From Spirochaetota bacterium (lineage in GTDB: Bacteria; Spirochaetota; Brachyspiria; Brachyspirales; JACRPF01): a DNA stretch of 64,000 nt. Below are positions 29,578-39,800 of this stretch, one piece after another (positions within the stretch are counted from its first letter, which is position 1; every line of letters starts with the position of its first letter). Under the pieces are notes generated by a model. That model was not told where the DNA came from. It saw only the letters and a program-made list of their open reading frames with translations, and searched no databases. Where the stretch lies: the NCBI GenBank assembly GCA_016214035.1, contig JACRPF010000020.1, positions 68,800 to 132,799 of the forward strand, written 5' to 3'. Both the position numbers and the translations under genes were made by a program.

Positions 29578-30579
29578 TTAGTGTTTGTAGTAGACCACGC
29601 CGCCCGTGATGGAGCCGGTAAACTCGCGTTTGGTTGTTTCATTGCGGAGCGATATTGTGTCGTTCTCCGTGCCGCTGGCGAGCGCGGTAGCCTTCACTAT
29701 CATGGCGATGCGCCCGTCCTGATAATGCACATCGACGATGTCGCCTTTTTTTATCGCGACAGTCTCGCCGAGATGAAAGCGGCGGAGTATGTTGCCGCGT
29801 TTCACGTAATATTTCGTCGTCGTTCCGGAAAGCTCCGCGAGACTCGTGATGCTGTCCGCGGGAATACGGTCCGTACGGTATTCCTCAAACGCGACCATGC
29901 CCTCGGCGACGCGGACGTTCTTGCCGATATAATCCTTCGCGGTAAGCACCTGTTTCACGCGGTATATTTCAACGAGTATCTCAAACCAGTTCTTCTTGCG
30001 GCCGTCGGCGGCGTACAGTTCAACGCGTATGCGCTGCGTCCCGCTCTGCTTCCCCTCGGCGAAGATGAATTTGACCTGGTCGGTATTATCGATAGAGGCT
30101 TCCGGCAGCTTATACAGAAACTTAATCCGTATATCGTCCCTGTTCTCGCCGGGTTTGATGACTGCGTCGAGCAGTTTGTCAGTGATGGTTTTTTTCACCT
30201 TGTCTGCGGACGCGTCGTTCGCCGCGCTGATCACCGGAGTCCGTACGGAAGCCGCGGCACCGGCGGGTATTGCCGCCGACGCTGCACCTGAAGGTATCAC
30301 CATGATACTCGAACCGGAAATTGAATAACTGACGTCGGGAATGACACGATTCAAATGCGCGATGAGCGACCGGAGCTGATATACGGTTGGTTCGACCGGG
30401 GCAGTGAACAGCACCGGATTGGGTGCATCCGCCGCGCCGTCAACGATATCGTGCAGCCGCACCTCGCCTGTGGAGAGTACTGCACGGCCTTTCAGGTTGA
30501 AATCATATCCGCTCAGACATACAGCGGCAATGACCAGCATCCAGAACGTTCTCATCACCATCCCTCCGTTACCGTTCAC
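29578..30579 (-). CDS. flgA: Flagellar basal-body P-ring formation chaperone FlgA
   Basis: Signal peptide, SAF-like region and C-terminal GDIVDVHYQDGRIAMIVKATALASGTENDTISLRN. Start lies 3 nt after the flgG stop. Confidence 0.8.
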   Translation of the reverse strand: MNGNGGMVMRTFWMLVIAAVCLSGYDFNLKGRAVLSTGEVRLHDIVDGAADAPNPVLFTAPVEPTVYQLRSLIAHLNRVIPDVSYSISGSSIMVIPSGAASAAIPAGAAASVRTPVISAANDASADKVKKTITDKLLDAVIKPGENRDDIRIKFLYKLPEASIDNTDQVKFIFAEGKQSGTQRIRVELYAADGRKKNWFEILVEIYRVKQVLTAKDYIGKNVRVAEGMVAFEEYRTDRIPADSITSLAELSGTTTKYYVKRGNILRRFHLGETVAIKKGDIVDVHYQDGRIAMIVKATALASGTENDTISLRNETTKREFTGSITGGVVYYKH

Positions 30580-30582
30580 GCG

Positions 30583-31377
30583 TTACCGCTTGAGATTGAC
30601 GACGGTCGAAAGCATATTGTCGCTGGTGATGATCGATTTTGAGTTCATCTCATACGCGCGCTGCGCGACAATCATATCCACCATTTCGTCCACCACTTTC
30701 ACGTTCGACATTTCAAGAAAACCCTGATGCAGTTTTCCCTGCCCCTCGGTGCCGGCCTCGCCTTCGATGGCTTCGCCGGAGGCCACGCTTTCCTTAAGAA
30801 GGTTCCCGCCGATTGCGGTAAGTCCCGCCGGATTCACAAAGCGGTACAGATTCACCTGCCCCACTTCTATTATCTCATCGCTTCCGGCAACTGTGACCTC
30901 AACGCGTCCTTCCTGGGATATGTTGATCTTCTCGAATTCGAACCCTTCCGGCATAACCGTCTCGGGCATAAGTTTATAGCCGTTGGAGTTCACCAGCTGT
31001 CCGTTGGAATCTATCTTGAACGATCCGTCACGGGTATAGCCGACGGTGCCGTCGGGAAGCTGAACGCGGAAAAAGCCCTCACCCTCGATGGCAAGATCAA
31101 GCTTGTTGCCCGTAGACTGGAGCGAGCCCTGCGAGAACATCTTCTGCGTCGCGGCGGTCTTGACGCCGAGACCGGCCTGTATACCCGTGGGGACAACCGT
31201 GTCCTCGGTGGCGGGGGTTCCGGCAATCTTCATGGTCTGATACAGGAGGTCCTCAAAGTCCGCGCGCGACTTTTTATATCCGGTGGTGTTCACGTTCGAC
31301 AGATTGTTTGCAATCGTATCAACCTTGAATTGCATCCCATTCATGCCGCTTGCGGCAGTCCATAAAGAACGAAGCAT
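30583..31377 (-). CDS. flgG: Flagellar basal-body rod protein FlgG
   Basis: MLRSLWTAASGMNGMQFKVDTIANNLSNVNTTGYKK and C-terminal VDEMVDMIVAQRAYEMNSK. Confidence 0.95.
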   Translation of the reverse strand: MLRSLWTAASGMNGMQFKVDTIANNLSNVNTTGYKKSRADFEDLLYQTMKIAGTPATEDTVVPTGIQAGLGVKTAATQKMFSQGSLQSTGNKLDLAIEGEGFFRVQLPDGTVGYTRDGSFKIDSNGQLVNSNGYKLMPETVMPEGFEFEKINISQEGRVEVTVAGSDEIIEVGQVNLYRFVNPAGLTAIGGNLLKESVASGEAIEGEAGTEGQGKLHQGFLEMSNVKVVDEMVDMIVAQRAYEMNSKSIITSDNMLSTVVNLKR

Positions 31378-31416
31378 AGAAAACTCCTTGGCCCGGATAA
31401 TAGTACTGTAGATCTA

Positions 31417-31443
31417 TTATCGAGCCGTTGGAGAAAGGGTTGA
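31417..31443 (-). promoter_or_regulatory. Weak sigma28-like promoter TCAA-N15-CTCGATAA upstream of flgG
   Basis: Compared with TAAA-N15-GCCGATAA this matches 3/4 and 6/8. It lies about 40 nt upstream of the flgG ATG. Confidence 0.25.
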
Positions 31444-31447
31444 GCAT

Positions 31448-31487
31448 AAAAAAAAGGCCCCGGCACGGCTAATCCGCACCGGGGACC
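31448..31487 (-). terminator. Rho-independent terminator after the FecR-like gene
   Basis: Sense GGUCCCCGGUGCGG-AUUAG-CCGUGCCGGGGCC (about 13 bp with one bulge) followed by eight U. Confidence 0.8.
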
Positions 31488-31513
31488 TTTTCTGTATCGC
31501 TTGTTGCGGGGGA

Positions 31514-32398
31514 TCAGTACTCTTTTTTATCGTCGATCATGAGTTCTTTGCTGTCTTCGAGCTTCTTCTTGTTACTTACATCAAAGGCGCTTGAAGCGTC
31601 CATCTCGCCTTTTTTCAGGGCTTCGCGGGCCTTGATGTCGGCGGCGTCTATTTTCACATCGGTCTTTCCGCCGGTGCTCTCTTCGCGCTGTTCAAGCCGG
31701 AGCGAGAGCTTTTTAAGGTTATCCTTCAGATTACCGACATTTTTTATTGATTCGATATCCTTGATGGTGATAATCTCTTTTACGTCGGACAGCGATTCCT
31801 TCGATATCTCAACGAGCGCAAGCTTCCCGTCCGCCGCCACGGAGACTTCCTTAAGTTCGTTCACATCCACGCTGCCTTTATCGCTTTGGACGTTCACGCT
31901 CCCGGTAAGCACGCTGACTTTCGTGTCCTTACCGGCCGAGTCGACGACGAACGACGTTCCGCGTACCGCGGCTACCGATGTCGGCGTTTCAATTACGGCG
32001 GATTCTTCCATGGTCAGCTTTCTGATGCCGACAAGAATCTTGCCTCTCGCCACCTTCATCCTGACCTCTTTCTCGCCGGCTCCGAGCAGCGCGTCAACGC
32101 GAATTTCACTTGATTCCTTGATATTGAAGACACCGACGCCTTCAACCTTGAATGTCATTTTTGCTCCGGCACTTGTCCTGATGACATCACCTTTGACAAC
32201 CGTATCGCCGATGGCCGCGGCATGTTCCACCGTACCGGTAAGTATCGTCGCTTTTCCGACTACTTCGTTCACAATGCCCGAAGCTGTCGGCGCGGCTGCC
32301 GGTGCGGCTGTTTTTGCGGGAGTATTATCCGCCGTTTTGGTACAGTTTAAAAACACGAATAGTGATGCGATCAATAGTAATAACAAAGGGCGTTTCAT
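31514..32398 (-). CDS. FecR-domain lipoprotein
   Basis: Start set at ATG 32398, preceded by GGAGGT, giving MKRPLLLLLIASLFVFLNC (lipobox-like). FecR-like GDVIRTSAGAKMTF...TPTSVAAVRGTSFVV. Confidence 0.75.
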   Translation of the reverse strand: MKRPLLLLLIASLFVFLNCTKTADNTPAKTAAPAAAPTASGIVNEVVGKATILTGTVEHAAAIGDTVVKGDVIRTSAGAKMTFKVEGVGVFNIKESSEIRVDALLGAGEKEVRMKVARGKILVGIRKLTMEESAVIETPTSVAAVRGTSFVVDSAGKDTKVSVLTGSVNVQSDKGSVDVNELKEVSVAADGKLALVEISKESLSDVKEIITIKDIESIKNVGNLKDNLKKLSLRLEQREESTGGKTDVKIDAADIKAREALKKGEMDASSAFDVSNKKKLEDSKELMIDDKKEY

Positions 32399-32467
32399 GA
32401 GGCTGTACCTCCGGAACATTTCCCCGCGAACTTGACATACGGGGTACATGTAGTATAACTCACCGCA

Positions 32468-33616
32468 GTGATAAAAGTGAACAAGAAAAATGTTTGTTCG
32501 ATGCAGAAATCCGGTATCGCCGCTGTCGTGTGCATAACAATGCTTGCCGCCGGTCTCACCGCCGCTGTGAAAGAGAATTACCGGTATCTCAAACTCGGCA
32601 CATTCGTCCGCGTCAAAGTGTATGCACTCGCGCCGTTCGAACCGTCATGGTCGCGCTCGGAACTCGCCATAGACGACAACGGTAATCCGATGCTGGCATT
32701 CTTCGACGGCGCCCGCAAACGGCCGGTTTTCATGCAGAAACGCGGCGATATGTTCTCAAGCATCACCATGGACGAATCACCGTCCACGGGAGAAAATCTG
32801 CACGTATTCCGTGACACCCACGGCTTTATACACACCGTATATTATGATGAACCGCGTAATGCCGTTAAATACGCCTGCAATGCCGGCGGCCCAACGTTCA
32901 GCGCGCATACGGTAGACCGGGTAAGCGGCATGCGGTATGCTTCTCCGCAGGTGGCGGCAGACAAGGACGGCGTACATGTCTATTATCTCGACGGCAAGGG
33001 CGTGCTGTACCATGCGGTGTATACCAATAATATGTTCATGTCGAAACCGGTATACCGGGAGAAGCCTTTATCGGCGATACGGCTCTTTGCCACGGCGGCC
33101 GGTCTTCGCATTATCACCCGTTCCCCGCAGGGCAAACTGTTCTATATGTTCAGGAACGATAAAAAAAAATATATCACCATCACCCTTGCATCAAACGCGA
33201 CGGACACGTTCGCCGCTCATTTCGATTCGCGCGGACGTATGCACCTGCTTTCAACTTCCGACAAACGGACGCTGTCATACACCACGTTTGACGGCTCCGG
33301 AACACTGCGCGTCACCAACATCTTTTCTGCCGACACGGATATCAGCGGTGCGGCGCTTATGACCGAACGCCTCGACACACCGCAGGCCGCGGTGAGCACG
33401 GTTTCGGGAAAAACATCGCTCCTGATCTCGGAACCGGGCACAACCGGCTTCAAGCCGCTCGATGTAAGCAGCATTGGACGCGCCGCGGGCGACATCAGCC
33501 TGGTAATATCATATTACCCTTATATCAGTATGCTTTTTGTGGATCGCGATTTTGCCGAGCTTCGTCTTGCGTCGTTCAATCTTGAAAGTCTGCGCCCGTT
33601 TCTGCAGCAACGGTAA
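32468..33616 (+). CDS. Hypothetical exported protein (repetitive beta-rich)
   Basis: Long ORF with an N-terminal hydrophobic segment (GIAAVVCITMLAAGLTAAV). I recognise no motif. Confidence 0.55.
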   Translation: MIKVNKKNVCSMQKSGIAAVVCITMLAAGLTAAVKENYRYLKLGTFVRVKVYALAPFEPSWSRSELAIDDNGNPMLAFFDGARKRPVFMQKRGDMFSSITMDESPSTGENLHVFRDTHGFIHTVYYDEPRNAVKYACNAGGPTFSAHTVDRVSGMRYASPQVAADKDGVHVYYLDGKGVLYHAVYTNNMFMSKPVYREKPLSAIRLFATAAGLRIITRSPQGKLFYMFRNDKKKYITITLASNATDTFAAHFDSRGRMHLLSTSDKRTLSYTTFDGSGTLRVTNIFSADTDISGAALMTERLDTPQAAVSTVSGKTSLLISEPGTTGFKPLDVSSIGRAAGDISLVISYYPYISMLFVDRDFAELRLASFNLESLRPFLQQR

Positions 33617-33643
33617 CCGTCATTTGAACAATTGAGCTGTGAG

Positions 33644-33665
33644 CTGCGGAACATGTCCCGCGCTA
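33644..33665 (-). repeat. Stop-codon-overlapping GC palindrome, copy 2
   Basis: CTGCGGAACATGTCCCGCGCTA is 21/22 identical to 1236-1257. The TAG stop of the HTH-REC gene is at 33663-33665. Confidence 0.6.
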
Positions 33666-34361
33666 TGCGTCTACAACAAAGCGCAGCAGATTCTTCACCC
33701 GCGCGTTGATCTCACGCTCACCGAGCGGCTTTTTTACATAATCATTGGCGCCGGTCTCAAAACCCTTAACCACATCCTCTTCATTATACCGGGTGGACAG
33801 TATCATCACGAGCGTAGTCGCGAGCGACGGCTCGCTGCGTATCGCTTTCAGCACCTTGAATCCGTCGATCGTACCGAGCATCGGTTCGATGATGACGAGT
33901 GCCGCATGCGATGAGGCGATCTCAGCAGCAGCGGCGGCGTAGTCCTTCACAAAATAAAGCTCGTAATTTTTGCCGAGATATTTTTTATACGATTCGCACA
34001 CATGTTTGTTGGGCTCGATGACCGCAATGGTATAGTGGGCGTTCTGCCGCTTGATGCGTATGCGATGGTCCTTATGATGCAGCGTGAGAAAATTCTCGAG
34101 ATCGCCGTAGCGCACCTTATATCTGCCGCCGGGGGAGCGCACCGATTTCAGGCCATAATACCTGATCCAGTAATTAACCGTTGAACGCACCACGCCCACC
34201 AGCTCCGCGGCCTCGACGGGCGACAGCAGATCGCTTCGCTGAAACTCTTTTTTTACCTTGTCGCTGTTCATTACGTGTGCCTGCGGCGCCTCTGTGGAAC
34301 ATATGCCCGTGGTATTATCGGTGTGCGGAAAATCCGCGCTTCGGAAGCCGTAATCTATCAC
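33663..34361 (-). CDS. Excisionase/MerR-type HTH fused to a C-terminal receiver domain
   Basis: LLSPVEAAELVGVVRSTVNYWIRYYGLK (HTH), then REC (IAVIEPNK..LVIIEPMLGTIDGF..K). The true start may be M31 (34271). Confidence 0.75.
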   Translation of the reverse strand: MIDYGFRSADFPHTDNTTGICSTEAPQAHVMNSDKVKKEFQRSDLLSPVEAAELVGVVRSTVNYWIRYYGLKSVRSPGGRYKVRYGDLENFLTLHHKDHRIRIKRQNAHYTIAVIEPNKHVCESYKKYLGKNYELYFVKDYAAAAAEIASSHAALVIIEPMLGTIDGFKVLKAIRSEPSLATTLVMILSTRYNEEDVVKGFETGANDYVKKPLGEREINARVKNLLRFVVDA

Positions 34362-34465
34362 GGTGCGTTAAAAAAGCAAGTGAGCACCGGATTTTTCGTT
34401 GACAAAATAATATCCCGGTAGTATATTTATGATGACACGATTAAGAAACGCCTTGTTCATAAACC

Positions 34466-36838
34466 TTGTCGCATGGCGGTGTTATGTCTGCAGTCCGGGG
34501 TATGTTTGTTCTTATTGTCTGTTATGCGTTTCCCGTATCAGCGTCATCATCGGCCGTTCCGGCTGTGAGTACGTTCAGCGTTATCACTATTCTTCCTTTC
34601 ATCATAGTAATGCTCACCGCCGGCTGCGTGCTTTCGGTCGCCGGGGTGTTTTTTTTCCGTGCGCAGGTGCGCCGCGCCGTTGATGCGCTCCTGGAAAAGA
34701 ATAAGGTTCTCGCCGATCTGGAAAACCGCTACAGTACGCTGCTCTCGGCCGTTCCGGATATCATCATGGAAGTCGACAGCAATCATGTGTACACCTGGGC
34801 AAACGAAGCCGGCAGGGAATTCTTCGGCACCGATGTCGTAGGTAAAACCGCCGCGGCATTTTTCGAAGGGATACAGCAGGCGTATCAGGCCGTGAATCCG
34901 CCGCAGCAAGGAAAAGAAAGCGTTATCTACATTGAAAGCTGGCAGCGCCGCAAAGACGGTGCAAAACGGCTGCTCGCGTGGTGGTGTCGTTCACTCATCG
35001 ACGAAAAAGGAAGACCGCGCGGCACATTATCCTCCGCGCGCGACATCACCGAACAGCGGGATATCGAGGAGTCGCTCCGGCGCAGCGAGGAAAAATTCCT
35101 CAAGGCATTCGACAGCAGTCCGCTGCTCATGGCCATCAGCGAGATTGAATCCGGGAGATATCTCGAAGTGAACGGCACATTTCTCAACGTGACCGGTTAT
35201 TCCCGGGATGAAGTGATCGGCCGCCCGTCGGTTGAACTCGGTCTGTTTAAGGACCCGGCGGAGCGCACGCTGCTGGTGGAGCAATTCAAAAAATACCGTC
35301 ATCTAAAGGATGCTGCAGTCAAGATCAATCGGAAAGACGGCTCGGTACTGCACGGGCTTTTTTCCGCCGAACAGATGAACATCGGCGGGAAACCATATAT
35401 GCTCACGCTCATGCACGATGTGACGGAACTGCATACGGCCACGAAGGCGCTCAGGGAAAGCGAAGAAAATCTTTCGGTCACACTCGCATCTATCGGCGAT
35501 GCGGTAATCGCCACTGACCGGGGCGGCAATGTGACGCTGATGAATCCGGTGGCATCCGCGCTTACCGGATGGACATTCGCGCACGCCGAGGGAAAACCGC
35601 TCGATGAAGTCTTCAACGTCATCAATGAGACAACACGCATGCCGGTGGAAAATCCGGTAAAAAAAGTATTACGCGACGGCGTCGTCATCGGACTTGCGAA
35701 CCACACCGTGCTGGTGTCCCGTGACGGCATAGAACGCCCCATCGCCGACAGCGGCGCGCCCATACGCGGTGCCGACGGAATAATACGCGGCGTCGTGCTC
35801 GTGTTCCGCGATGTGAGCGAAGAGTACGAGCAGGAACGGCGGCTTCGGGAAAGTGAAACCCGTTTTCATTCTTTATTCGAAAACATGAACGAGGGTGTTG
35901 CGCTTCATGACGTTGTATTCGGAGACGACGGAAAACCGGTGAATTACCGCATCGTCGATATCAATGCCCGCTACCAGGAGCACACGGGTATTTCACGCGC
36001 CGCGGCGGTCGGAAAGCTGGCCACCGAGGCATACGGCGAGAACGTGCCGCCGTACCTTGAAGAATTCTGCCGCCCCGCGCTTACCGGCGAACCGTACTTT
36101 TTTGAAACGTTCTATCCTACCATGGGCAAGCATTTTTCAATATCGGTGGCGCCGTGGGGAACGAATGGTTTTGCGACGATATTCCAGGACATTACCGAGC
36201 GTAAAAGTGCGGAAGCGGGGATGAAGCGGGCGCTGGCTGAAAAAGAGGTACTGCTGCGTGAGATACATCATCGTGTCAAGAACAATATGCAGATAATATC
36301 GAGCCTGCTCGACCGGGAACGGCGCAAGTTTCCCGACGGACCCGCACGCAACGTATTCGACGAAAGCAGACGCCGTATCTCCGTCATGAGTATGGTTCAT
36401 GAACTGCTCTACCGTTCGGACGATATCAGTTCGGTGGATCTCGGCGATTTCGCACGGCAGCTCACGAGCTATCTCATCAACGCATATTCAGGCGAGAGCA
36501 GAAACGTCATGATGCGCTGCTCCGCGGGTGAAGTGAATATCTCCATCGATAAGGCAATACCCGCGGGACTTGTCATCAATGAGCTTGTCTCCAACGCATG
36601 CAAACATGCGTTTCCGGAACGCTCCGGGGCCATAACCATCGATGTACGCCGTGACGATGAAACCGTTGTCATCACGATCTCCGATGACGGCAAAGGCATT
36701 GCCGGAAACTGGCGAGACCATGTCGGCTCGGGACTGACGCTGGTCTTGGGTCTTGTCGAACAGCTTCGCGGAACCATGACCGTGGACAGCGCACCTGGAG
36801 TACGCGCGGTCATCCGTTTCCCCCGGAACAATCCATGA
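34466..36838 (+). CDS. Multi-PAS sensor histidine kinase (HisKA_2 type)
   Basis: Two N-terminal TM segments, about 4 PAS repeats, H-box EIHHRVKNNMQIISSLL and a HATPase domain. Confidence 0.85.
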   Translation: MSHGGVMSAVRGMFVLIVCYAFPVSASSSAVPAVSTFSVITILPFIIVMLTAGCVLSVAGVFFFRAQVRRAVDALLEKNKVLADLENRYSTLLSAVPDIIMEVDSNHVYTWANEAGREFFGTDVVGKTAAAFFEGIQQAYQAVNPPQQGKESVIYIESWQRRKDGAKRLLAWWCRSLIDEKGRPRGTLSSARDITEQRDIEESLRRSEEKFLKAFDSSPLLMAISEIESGRYLEVNGTFLNVTGYSRDEVIGRPSVELGLFKDPAERTLLVEQFKKYRHLKDAAVKINRKDGSVLHGLFSAEQMNIGGKPYMLTLMHDVTELHTATKALRESEENLSVTLASIGDAVIATDRGGNVTLMNPVASALTGWTFAHAEGKPLDEVFNVINETTRMPVENPVKKVLRDGVVIGLANHTVLVSRDGIERPIADSGAPIRGADGIIRGVVLVFRDVSEEYEQERRLRESETRFHSLFENMNEGVALHDVVFGDDGKPVNYRIVDINARYQEHTGISRAAAVGKLATEAYGENVPPYLEEFCRPALTGEPYFFETFYPTMGKHFSISVAPWGTNGFATIFQDITERKSAEAGMKRALAEKEVLLREIHHRVKNNMQIISSLLDRERRKFPDGPARNVFDESRRRISVMSMVHELLYRSDDISSVDLGDFARQLTSYLINAYSGESRNVMMRCSAGEVNISIDKAIPAGLVINELVSNACKHAFPERSGAITIDVRRDDETVVITISDDGKGIAGNWRDHVGSGLTLVLGLVEQLRGTMTVDSAPGVRAVIRFPRNNP

Positions 36839-39800
36839 CACCGATCTCGATACTTATCGTCGAAGATGAATATATCATCGCGCAGGATATCGCCGAACGG
36901 ATAACGCAGCTCGGTTATCGCGCCGCCGGACGCGCCGCGCGCTTCGAGGACGCTGTGGCACTCGCGAAATCGGCGATGCCCGACCTCATCTTAATGGATA
37001 TTATGCTGGACGGCACCCGGGACGGTATCGATACCGCGCGCGCCATCCGCGAGGAACACGATATCCCGGTCATCTTCATCACGGCGTATGCCGATGATGC
37101 GATGATCAAGCGTGCCACGGCGGTGGCGCCGTACGGATATCTCATTAAACCGTTCAATGACCGCGAACTTGCCGCGGCTATAGAAACGGCGCTCTATCGC
37201 GCCTCCATCGAACGGGCGCTCAAATCCAGTGAGGCGCGGTTCAAAGCACTCTTTGAGCATTCGCCGGTTGCCGCATGGGAAACGGATTTTTCCGCGGTCG
37301 CCTCATTTTTTCAGACGATACGGGACAAGGGTGTCGAGGATATTCCGGGATATTTCACCGAACATCCGGAGGAGCTTCTGCATACCATCGGGCTCATCCG
37401 CGCGGTGCATGTAAACCGGGAAAGCACACGCGTCTTCGGAACTACCGATGACAGCGCCCCCCCGTCGCTCGTGCGCATACTCTGCGAGGAATCATATCCC
37501 GTGATGCGCACCATGCTCGCCGTGCTTGCGGACGGGAAAACCGATTATTCCGACGAACTCGCCGTGCTCTTTCCCGACGGAACGAGACACGTAATCAGTT
37601 TCACGCTGGTCGTCATGCCAGGAGAAAAACCGCTGACATCTGCCGTACTCTCGTTCTCCGACATCACGGAACGCAGACAGGCGCAGTCATACATGAAGGA
37701 ATACCGGCGCCAGGAGCGCGTACTGACGGACGTAACACATGCGCTCGCAAAATGCACGACAGCCGATGACATCTACAACTATGTAGCCACCGTGCTGAAA
37801 CGGGAAGCCGGTGCAGACTTCATCACCGTGAGCGGATATAACCGGCACACGGGAACGTCATCCGTTCGGGTACTGCAGGGGTTCGGGGATCTTATCACCA
37901 AGATCATCGAAACGGTGCACATCGATCCGAACGACATCGGCATCAGTGAAAAGGAAATGGGCGACCTTGCGCCGCTGTACAAAAGCGGACGTTTGGAACG
38001 GATACCCGGAGGATTACAGGATCTTGTTGCGGGACATCTGCCGGCGCAGCTCATGGCGGTGGTCGAGCGCATGATGGGTGTGCGGTCGGTATACTGCGTG
38101 GGATTCACCTGGGACAATAAACTGTACGGCGGGGTTACATTCCTGTACAAGACGGACACCGCCCCGCGCAACGAGGAGCTCATCGCGCTGATAACGGCAG
38201 CCGCCGGCACCGCGCTGCGGCGGAAATACGCCGAGGATGCGCTTCGCGACAGCGAGGAAATGATGCGGGCGACCATCGAGCAATCCGCCGACGGCATCCT
38301 TATCGCGGACGCGGAAGGGCGCATCATCGAGTGGAATAAAGGGCTTGAGACGATCATCGGATACACGCGCGACGATATCATCGGAACCTATATGTGGGAT
38401 TTCCAATACCGCATCATGGCGGTAAAGGACGGCACGCTGCGCGATGAGTTGAAAACGGCGTTCCGCAAATCACCCGACATCAGTTCACGCACCTGGATGA
38501 ACCGCCCCATCGGATACGACATACAGACCAAAGCGGGCGAGTTCAAAACGATTGAGCTGATAGCATATCCCATCTCGCTCGGCCGCGGCATGTTCTACGG
38601 CATCGATATCCGCGACACCACCGCGCAGAAAAAAACGGAGCTTGAAACTGAGAACCGGCGGCGTTTCCTTGAATCGCTCATCGAGGTCATCCCCACGCCG
38701 ATCTTCTACAAGGCGCTCGACGGCACCTACATCGGATGCAACAGCGCATTTGCCGACCTGATAGGTGCCGCCCGTGCCGACATCCAGGGTAAAACGGTGT
38801 TTGAGACCGACACTGTATATGCGCCGAAACATCACGAGAACGACGTGCGTGTGTATAAAGACGGTGTCAGCGTCACGTATGAATGTCAGATGAATACGCC
38901 GCAGGGCCTGCGCGAATGTGTTTTTTACAAGGCCCCGTTCACCGGAGCCGACGGCAAGATAACCGGACTGGTTGGCGCCGTCATCGACATGACCGAACGC
39001 AACCGCCGTGAGCATGCGCTCGAAGAACAGCGGCGGCTTCTGCAGGTGCTGTCGGTGTATCAGAAGAACCTTTTTCTGCTCAATACCGAGGAGACCATCC
39101 GCGAAACGATACATGTACTAATGTCATTTGCACCGGTCGTCTCGTTTTTCGTAATCAACGCCGCGCAGAAGACAGTGCTCTGCGCATGGGACAGCGACAA
39201 GGGATATCACCGTGAGGACACGACACTCGAAAATCTTGCCGGGTCGTTCGTGTGTGACGTTATCGAGCAGAAAGTGCCCCTGTTCATCAAGAACACCGAG
39301 ACGGCAGTATTCCGTAATACGCTGGAAAAGAGCACCATTGAGGCGAGCAGGCTGAAATCCATGCTGTATTATCCTATCCTCGTCGACAACACCTGCCTCG
39401 GGCTTCTCACGGTGGGCGGACGGGATGAGGATGATATCGGCGATAACGCATGGCGGTATCTGTCCATCATCGCTCCGGTGGTGGGACTCGCGCTCACCAA
39501 ATCACGGCTCTTTGAACAGGCGCAGCAGAACGAAGCGTGGTACCGCACACTTATCGAAACGGCACCGGAAGCGGTCATTATTTATAACATCAGGACATGC
39601 GAAATCATCGACTGTAATGAGCCGGGAATCAGACTCTTCCGCTACAACAGCAAAGACGCGGTACTCGGCGTGAACAATGAAAACACATCCGATAAATATC
39701 TCGCCCGTTTTCTGAATGAGCACTATACCGACTTTGTTACCGCCGATTCCGTACTGAACGCCGTTATCTACACGGCTGCCGACACGGCGGTACCCTGCGA

